A stretch of 64,000 nucleotides of DNA from Candidatus Micrarchaeota archaeon (GTDB lineage: Archaea; Micrarchaeota; Micrarchaeia; Micrarchaeales; CABMGC01): assembly GCA_021809925.1 (NCBI GenBank), contig JAJZJV010000001.1:14138-78137 (forward strand), written 5' to 3'. Below the pieces are notes generated by a model that searched no databases, was not told the DNA's origin, and saw only the letters and a program-made list of their open reading frames with translations. Numbering within the stretch: position 1 is the stretch's first letter; the number at the start of each line of letters is the position of its first letter. The translations under genes were made by a program, and so were the position numbers. Shown here in pieces: positions 58,786-64,000 of this stretch.

Positions 58786-59448
58786 TCAAGTCTTCTGAAG
58801 AACAACAAAAAGATGCATCTTGTCGTATGGCATTATATCTATTGATTCCAGCAAGCTGAATCTCTTAGATACCTTATCTAAAAATTCTTTGTACACCTCA
58901 CTTGGCCTCCGTGAGACATCTATGCTCTGCGATTTTATTGCAACGTAAGCATACCCTCCTTTCTTTATCAGTTTGCAATTCTCGAGGAGGATCTCTGCCT
59001 GGTCTCTTGCAGCTATGTCTTGATATATAACATCAGCACTGCCAACATCTTCTCCATATTCCTCTACATTCCTAGCATCATTGAATATCGGGAGCATATT
59101 GCTCCTCCTCTCGCAGACCCTGAGCAGATCTCTAACATTGCGCTCAGAGATCTCTACACAATAGAGGATACCTTTTTCACCTATTATATCACTAACATGG
59201 CTGCATGTCGTTCCTGTAGCTGCACCCAGATAAAGCACCCCAGATCCGCGTTTTATCTCCATCCTTTTCATACCTTTGGATATCGCAGCTCCGAGCTTGC
59301 TCCTATACGGGTTCCACAGCCTGTACTCCACACCATCCTTCTCTATGATCTCCTCGCCATAAACATTTCTGCCTATGTCAAGATTCATGGTTGCAAGCTT
59401 TCCGTCAACTAGGAATACTCCATCAAAAATCTTCTTTATCTGGTGCAT
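58786..59448 (-). CDS. flpA: fibrillarin-like rRNA/tRNA 2'-O-methyltransferase
   Basis: YRLWNPYRSKLGAAI, VLYLGAATGTTCSHVSD and DARN motifs. Confidence 0.9.
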   Translation of the reverse strand: MHQIKKIFDGVFLVDGKLATMNLDIGRNVYGEEIIEKDGVEYRLWNPYRSKLGAAISKGMKRMEIKRGSGVLYLGAATGTTCSHVSDIIGEKGILYCVEISERNVRDLLRVCERRSNMLPIFNDARNVEEYGEDVGSADVIYQDIAARDQAEILLENCKLIKKGGYAYVAIKSQSIDVSRRPSEVYKEFLDKVSKRFSLLESIDIMPYDKMHLFVVLQKT

Positions 59449-59533
59449 TCAATACACGAATAAGATTTAGAAAAACATATTTATATTTGAGTTGTAATGT
59501 ATTCTTGCTTCTGCTTCCTGGTTGGTGTAATAA

Positions 59534-61750
59534 ATGCAAGGTGGGCGATCAAACAAATTCATAATAGAAATGTATAACACTTGCAAGGCTTCTGATGGGA
59601 TAAGTGATTTATTTTCGAGAGTCTCAGATAAGCTTAAGGAATCCTTTTCCATAGACAAGGTAATAATAAAAAATCTAAATCAGAAGAAAGAAAGCCTCTC
59701 TGCAGGGGAAGAGTATGCGATCAACACCAAGCAGCTCTATATAGACAATAGGCTAAGCGGATACTCCGCATTTCCTGATCTGATAAACTATTACAATAAT
59801 GGTTTTCGGAGCTCTGCAATAATACCTGTAATCAACGAGAATAAACCGATAGGCACAATAACGCTGCTTTCACAGAAGGAAGAAGCATTTGGAAAAGAGG
59901 ATGTCGCAGAGTTAAACATATCCTCAAACATATTAAACAATGAGTGTGGGGTGCAGCTAGACCGCGAGAAGAGCCAGAAGATGGAAAGATTTTTTCAAGC
60001 TTCTTTCGAAACTGTCGTGCCACAGGCGATAGTCACCCAAAAGGGAAAGGTAGTGATGGCAAATACTGCCATGCTTGATCTTCTCGGCAAGCCCAATGAA
60101 GTACAGCCGCTCCAGATATCACAGTTCTTTAAGATAGACCTCAGTAAGGCCAACAGCCCTCCATGGGAAGAGGAACACGTTGAAATCTACAGAGAACCGG
60201 TCAGGAAATTCATGGTCTCTTCAAAGGGCCTTGGAGAAGGCCTGCTCCATCTAACTTTTAATGAGACAACATCTCTGAATCTCCTCGAGGAACGATCGAG
60301 AGCTCTCGATTACAGCACAACAGAGGCATTTATCACCATGGACGATGATATGAGGATAAACTGGGCAAGCGAAAACATCTCAAGGATACTCCGTGTCGAC
60401 AAAGATTACTTGGTTGGCAGAAAGCTCACCGATTTTATGAGTTCTGCCTCATCACAGCAGATTGGCAAAACCGAGATAATATCAGAAGAGGTGCAATTAA
60501 ATTTTGACAACAACCAGAAGCAGGAGGTCATGGCAACCATCCTAAAAGGCAAAAACGGATTCTCATCCATACTATCAATAAACTTCGAGAGGTACCTCTC
60601 AGCAGTCAAGAAGGCTTTGAATGATGTAGTTCAGATATCAAGCGACGCAGTGATAGAGGTAGATCAATCTGGAAGCATAATAAGGATAAACAAAAGTGCC
60701 GAAAAGCTCCTAAGGTACAGAAGCGACGAACTTGACGGCATGCAGATATCCTCCTTGTATGCAGATACCGATAGCCAGAACCGATTCAGTTCCTCAATCT
60801 CAATAGCAAAGAAGAATGATGTTGTTACTGATATATATGTGAATATTCTGCCGAAGGGCATAGGAGAGAGAATGCCATTCCAGCAAAGCATAATGGCCAT
60901 AAAGAACATGAACAATACGATCGATGGATACTTTATTGTGGGCAAGGAGCTCTCGACAAAGATGGAAAAGGAGCGCCTCAATGAGGCCTTTGACAAGGCG
61001 ACAAAGCAGATGAAGGAGATAAAGAGTGAGAGCGACTTAAAGACACAATTTATCTACAATGTGTCCCATGACTTTAAGACTCCGATAACGAACATCAAGG
61101 GATTCTCAACTCTTTTATACAAAGAGGAATTCGGAGTTCTGACAGACGAGCAAAAAAGCTATGTTAAGATAATAATGGATGAGCTTGACAGGCTAATGCT
61201 CCTCATAGAACAGATACTTGACGTTGCAAAACTCTCATCAGGAAGAATAAAGCTGGACATGCAGCAGGTCGATATGGGGGAATTGATGGAAAATGCGAGC
61301 ATAAAGGCTCTAGCAGAATCAGCAGCCAACAAGGGGATAACACTGAAGCACAATGTCGACTACAACGTGCCGCAAATCCCTGCAGATCCAAATAGGTTGA
61401 TACAGGCATTCGTCAACCTGATAGGGAACGCAATCAAGTTCACCGAAGCCGGAGGCACGATATCTGTCTCGGTCTTCAAGAAAGGAAAGAACATACGTGT
61501 CGAGGTTACTGATACTGGGATGGGTATAGATAAGGAGGAGAAAGCAAAGCTCTTCAAGAAATTTTATCAGCTTCCAAGAAAGGGCCTTACGACACACGAG
61601 GGCGCAGGAACAGGGCTCGGATTATCCATAACAAAGGAGATAGTAAATCTTCATGGCGGCCAGATAGGGGTGAAATCAGAGGTTGGAAAGGGAAGCACCT
61701 TCTGGTTTACCATACCAACATCTGTCAGAATAAAGAAGAAGGCAGCATGA
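59534..61750 (+). CDS. cytoplasmic sensor histidine kinase (GAF plus multiple PAS, HisKA, HATPase_c)
   Basis: H-box SHDFKTPITNIKGF, N-box NLIGNAIKFT, and G-boxes DTGMGI and GTGLGLSI. No transmembrane helix. Confidence 0.85.
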   Translation: MQGGRSNKFIIEMYNTCKASDGISDLFSRVSDKLKESFSIDKVIIKNLNQKKESLSAGEEYAINTKQLYIDNRLSGYSAFPDLINYYNNGFRSSAIIPVINENKPIGTITLLSQKEEAFGKEDVAELNISSNILNNECGVQLDREKSQKMERFFQASFETVVPQAIVTQKGKVVMANTAMLDLLGKPNEVQPLQISQFFKIDLSKANSPPWEEEHVEIYREPVRKFMVSSKGLGEGLLHLTFNETTSLNLLEERSRALDYSTTEAFITMDDDMRINWASENISRILRVDKDYLVGRKLTDFMSSASSQQIGKTEIISEEVQLNFDNNQKQEVMATILKGKNGFSSILSINFERYLSAVKKALNDVVQISSDAVIEVDQSGSIIRINKSAEKLLRYRSDELDGMQISSLYADTDSQNRFSSSISIAKKNDVVTDIYVNILPKGIGERMPFQQSIMAIKNMNNTIDGYFIVGKELSTKMEKERLNEAFDKATKQMKEIKSESDLKTQFIYNVSHDFKTPITNIKGFSTLLYKEEFGVLTDEQKSYVKIIMDELDRLMLLIEQILDVAKLSSGRIKLDMQQVDMGELMENASIKALAESAANKGITLKHNVDYNVPQIPADPNRLIQAFVNLIGNAIKFTEAGGTISVSVFKKGKNIRVEVTDTGMGIDKEEKAKLFKKFYQLPRKGLTTHEGAGTGLGLSITKEIVNLHGGQIGVKSEVGKGSTFWFTIPTSVRIKKKAA

Positions 61751-61773
61751 GCATTAAAATCTATCGTGTTTTC

Positions 61774-62250
61774 TCATGAGATTGTATTGTTAATTACAAC
61801 AATGCCTCCATCGGCCCTTATTCCCAAGCTTCTCTGAAGAACCAGTATCGTGAGTCTTGTCTCGTTTGCAGATCCCCGTATCCTCCTGATCTGAAGGTCA
61901 GCTATGTTTGATCCTGTCGTGCTTATATTAACCAGCGAGTTATTGAGCATTGTGAATTCTTGTGTCTCGCCTGCAAGTATTGGCACTGGACTCAGGTAAA
62001 ATACATCTGCAGATTTTGAAGAATTCTTTAGATATAACACAAAAGGAGTGCTTGTTGTCGGAAGTCTGAATACTAAGCTCCCACCTGCAGATAATGATGT
62101 AGTATAATTATAAGAGATCAGCCGTATCTGTGGTACTGATACGGAGAGCCATGCCAAAAGTATTATTACTACAAACACAATCAGAGCAAGTGCAACATAA
62201 ACATATGGCCCTCCCTCTCTTCTCAGCTTGAAAGACTTCTTCTTTGCCAT
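61774..62250 (-). CDS. membrane-anchored extracellular protein
   Basis: Basic N-terminus, one transmembrane helix, and a beta-rich ectodomain with sequons. Confidence 0.4.
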   Translation of the reverse strand: MAKKKSFKLRREGGPYVYVALALIVFVVIILLAWLSVSVPQIRLISYNYTTSLSAGGSLVFRLPTTSTPFVLYLKNSSKSADVFYLSPVPILAGETQEFTMLNNSLVNISTTGSNIADLQIRRIRGSANETRLTILVLQRSLGIRADGGIVVINNTIS

Positions 62251-62355
62251 GTCTTATCATAATGCAAACAGGTTTATAAACATTTTTAGCAAAAGTGCCA
62301 GAATCAAGATAAGTAATATTAGTTTTTCTGTCAAAGAGATATATTGGGCGATCGT

Positions 62356-63552
62356 ATGGTAAGCATAGATGACATAGAAGCAGACATAATCTCACTCATA
62401 AATGACAAACAGCAGGTAACATCTGATGAACTTTCTGCATTTGCGGCATCGATAGGGATGAACGATGAGATGCTCAAGAGAGGGCTTGCAGAGTTGGAGA
62501 GCGCAAACATAATTGCTTCGAGAAGCAGTGGAGGGATCCTTACATATTATCTACTAAACGATGAACCATCCCTGCGCAGGATAATGATAGTGGAAGATGA
62601 TAAGAACATAAACAAGCTCATGGCCCTTTCTGTCGGAAAAGGATTTGACATAGTGCAGATGTATGACGGTGGAGAGGCCCTCCAAAAGATACGGAACGAA
62701 AAGCCGGACCTTGTTATATTAGACCTCATGCTTCCAGGAGCCGATGGCTTGGAGATATGCCAGAGGATAAAGAAGGATCCCGGTCTTAGTGATACTGTTG
62801 TAATAATAATCAGCGCTATGGATGCAACATCAAACCGCTTTAAAGGGATAAAATATGGTGCGGATTATTATGTGAAGAAACCATTCGACCCAGGAGAGCT
62901 GAGGAGTCTCGTGACCATATTCCTTAAAAAGAAAGGCAAGAAATTTGATCCATTGATAGATCTACCAAACGAAGACAAGATCTCTGCTGCGCTGGAGAAG
63001 GCGGTGGAGAGCACTAATAGCAGCTATGAGATAAGCAGAATAAGGCTTGAAGGCCTCGCAAGCTTTGCTAGGCGCTTTGGAAACAGCTCAGCAATAACCA
63101 TACTCAGACTTGTCTCACAAATATTGCAGGATAAGGCCCGCGAGGTAGGAAACAATGTCTTTGTGGGGTTCCTAAACAGCGATGATTTTATAATAGCTGG
63201 TGACAACAAGAATGTGCTAGAGGTCAGGAACAGGATATCTTCTGAGTTTAATGCGGTTCTTCCATTTATATACCAGAGTGAAGGATACAAGCCCATAGAG
63301 AAAGGCATAGAAGATATGTATGGGGCAGAGAAGCCTCCCCTCAGCCTCGTGTATAAGCTAATAAAGAAGGACTCTCTTATCGAGAGAAGGGCTGAGATAT
63401 TAAAGAAAAAGCCACAGGAAGACCAGAACATCGGTGCATACACTTACGATGAGCTAAGGCATATGCTAGAGAGCGACGACTTAGACATAACAATAACAAG
63501 AGACCCAAACGGGGTGAGACTCTCCGTGGGCAAAGGTGGAAAGCACTCTTGA
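62356..63552 (+). CDS. response regulator: wHTH - receiver - degenerate GGDEF-like domain
   Basis: Receiver motifs IVEDD, LVILDLMLPG and KKPF. The C-terminal part aligns by eye with a GGDEF domain (DLPNED / IRLEGLASFARRFG / GFLNSDDFIIAG), with NSDDF in place of GGDEF. Confidence 0.75.
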   Translation: MVSIDDIEADIISLINDKQQVTSDELSAFAASIGMNDEMLKRGLAELESANIIASRSSGGILTYYLLNDEPSLRRIMIVEDDKNINKLMALSVGKGFDIVQMYDGGEALQKIRNEKPDLVILDLMLPGADGLEICQRIKKDPGLSDTVVIIISAMDATSNRFKGIKYGADYYVKKPFDPGELRSLVTIFLKKKGKKFDPLIDLPNEDKISAALEKAVESTNSSYEISRIRLEGLASFARRFGNSSAITILRLVSQILQDKAREVGNNVFVGFLNSDDFIIAGDNKNVLEVRNRISSEFNAVLPFIYQSEGYKPIEKGIEDMYGAEKPPLSLVYKLIKKDSLIERRAEILKKKPQEDQNIGAYTYDELRHMLESDDLDITITRDPNGVRLSVGKGGKHS

Positions 63553-63801
63553 TTATCTTCTTTTAACCTTCTTTTTGGAACCAATCTTCTTTGCCTTTGG
63601 CCTGCCATCAACAACAGCAGCACCCCTAAGCGAGAGAATATCCTCTATATGCGAATCATCTACAGGCCTATCTGTCGATGCAAGCGCAGCTTCGCTTTGT
63701 ATAGCTCCGATCTCAAGCTGTTCCTCAACTCTCAGCCCCCTTTCCAGAGCTTCTTTCTTCTTAAGGATTGCTTTCTTACCATTCACAGAGACCACAATCA
63801 C
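63553..63801 (-). CDS. small protein with basic C-terminal tail
   Basis: 82 aa, ending KAKKIGSKKKVKRR. The antisense ORF at 63536-63847 looks like shadow sequence. Confidence 0.3.
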   Translation of the reverse strand: MIVVSVNGKKAILKKKEALERGLRVEEQLEIGAIQSEAALASTDRPVDDSHIEDILSLRGAAVVDGRPKAKKIGSKKKVKRR

Positions 63802-63914
63802 ACCCCTCCTTAGTATCTATATAAATATAAATAACTATACTCCCTAATATTATATCTCTATATTCTTTCAGAAATTTTTGATCTGACTGCTTCAGAGATC
63901 TATGGTGTGTTCAA

Positions 63915-64000
63915 TTGATCAAATTTTATGAAAAACCCTTCTCAAAGGAAGAAAGCCTCTCAAGCCTCTCACCAGAAGTTAGATCTTGGTTTGAAGAGAC
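63915..64000 (+). CDS. start of a gene running off the window (possibly a helicase)
   Basis: The frame from the TTG at 63915 reads IKFYEKPFSKEESLSSLSPEVRSWFEE, reminiscent of Lhr-type helicase N-termini. Very short, so tentative. Confidence 0.25.
   Translation, partial: MIKFYEKPFSKEESLSSLSPEVRSWFEE

Overview
The window is an archaeal chromosomal segment. Archaeal markers are Orc1/Cdc6, Kae1 and Bud32, the RNase P proteins Rpp30 and Pop5, the exosome superoperon (psmA-SBDS-Rrp4-Rrp41-Rrp42-L37Ae-RpoP), fibrillarin, a histone-fold protein, a class III signal-peptide pilin and an OB-fold SSB. Bacterial-type gyrase (gyrBA) and a grpE-dnaK-dnaJ operon are also present. That mix is typical of Thermoplasmata-like or DPANN/Micrarchaeota-like lineages; this taxonomic placement is inference only. 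Most of the window is densely packed housekeeping DNA: cysS, hisS, trpS, ADP-forming acetyl-CoA synthetase, Mre11, an Lhr-type helicase and two KaiC-like ATPases. The exception is a mosaic accessory island of about 11 kb (about 5.85-16.74 kb) that ends at a tRNA-Lys(CUU) gene. The island holds remnants or copies of four IS families: a broken IS4/IS5-like element, an IS110, a truncated IS630, and a frameshifted IS200 TnpA with matching end hairpins. It also holds inverted remnants of an integrated-element gene and two cargo modules with no obvious assignment. (1) A four-gene extracytoplasmic cluster at 7514-10441 built around a Met-rich type-1 copper protein and two paralogous Cys-motif proteins. 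(2) An AT-rich, translationally coupled three-gene operon at 13546-15492: a small wHTH protein, a 289-aa protein I cannot assign to any family, and a D-x-H-x-H metallohydrolase. These two modules are my best candidates for an undescribed system. Outside the island, the other observations worth a second look are:
- a stand-alone single-repeat TBP (52831-53142);
- a wHTH-REC response regulator with a degenerate GGDEF-like output domain next to a GAF/PAS histidine kinase;
- a solo TnpB inserted directly upstream of psmA;
- a 29-31 nt motif shared between the TnpB left end and the inside of a degenerate IS5-like element.
I saw no CRISPR array, rRNA gene or intein. All calls rest on reading the ORF translations and the DNA by eye; no database search was possible.
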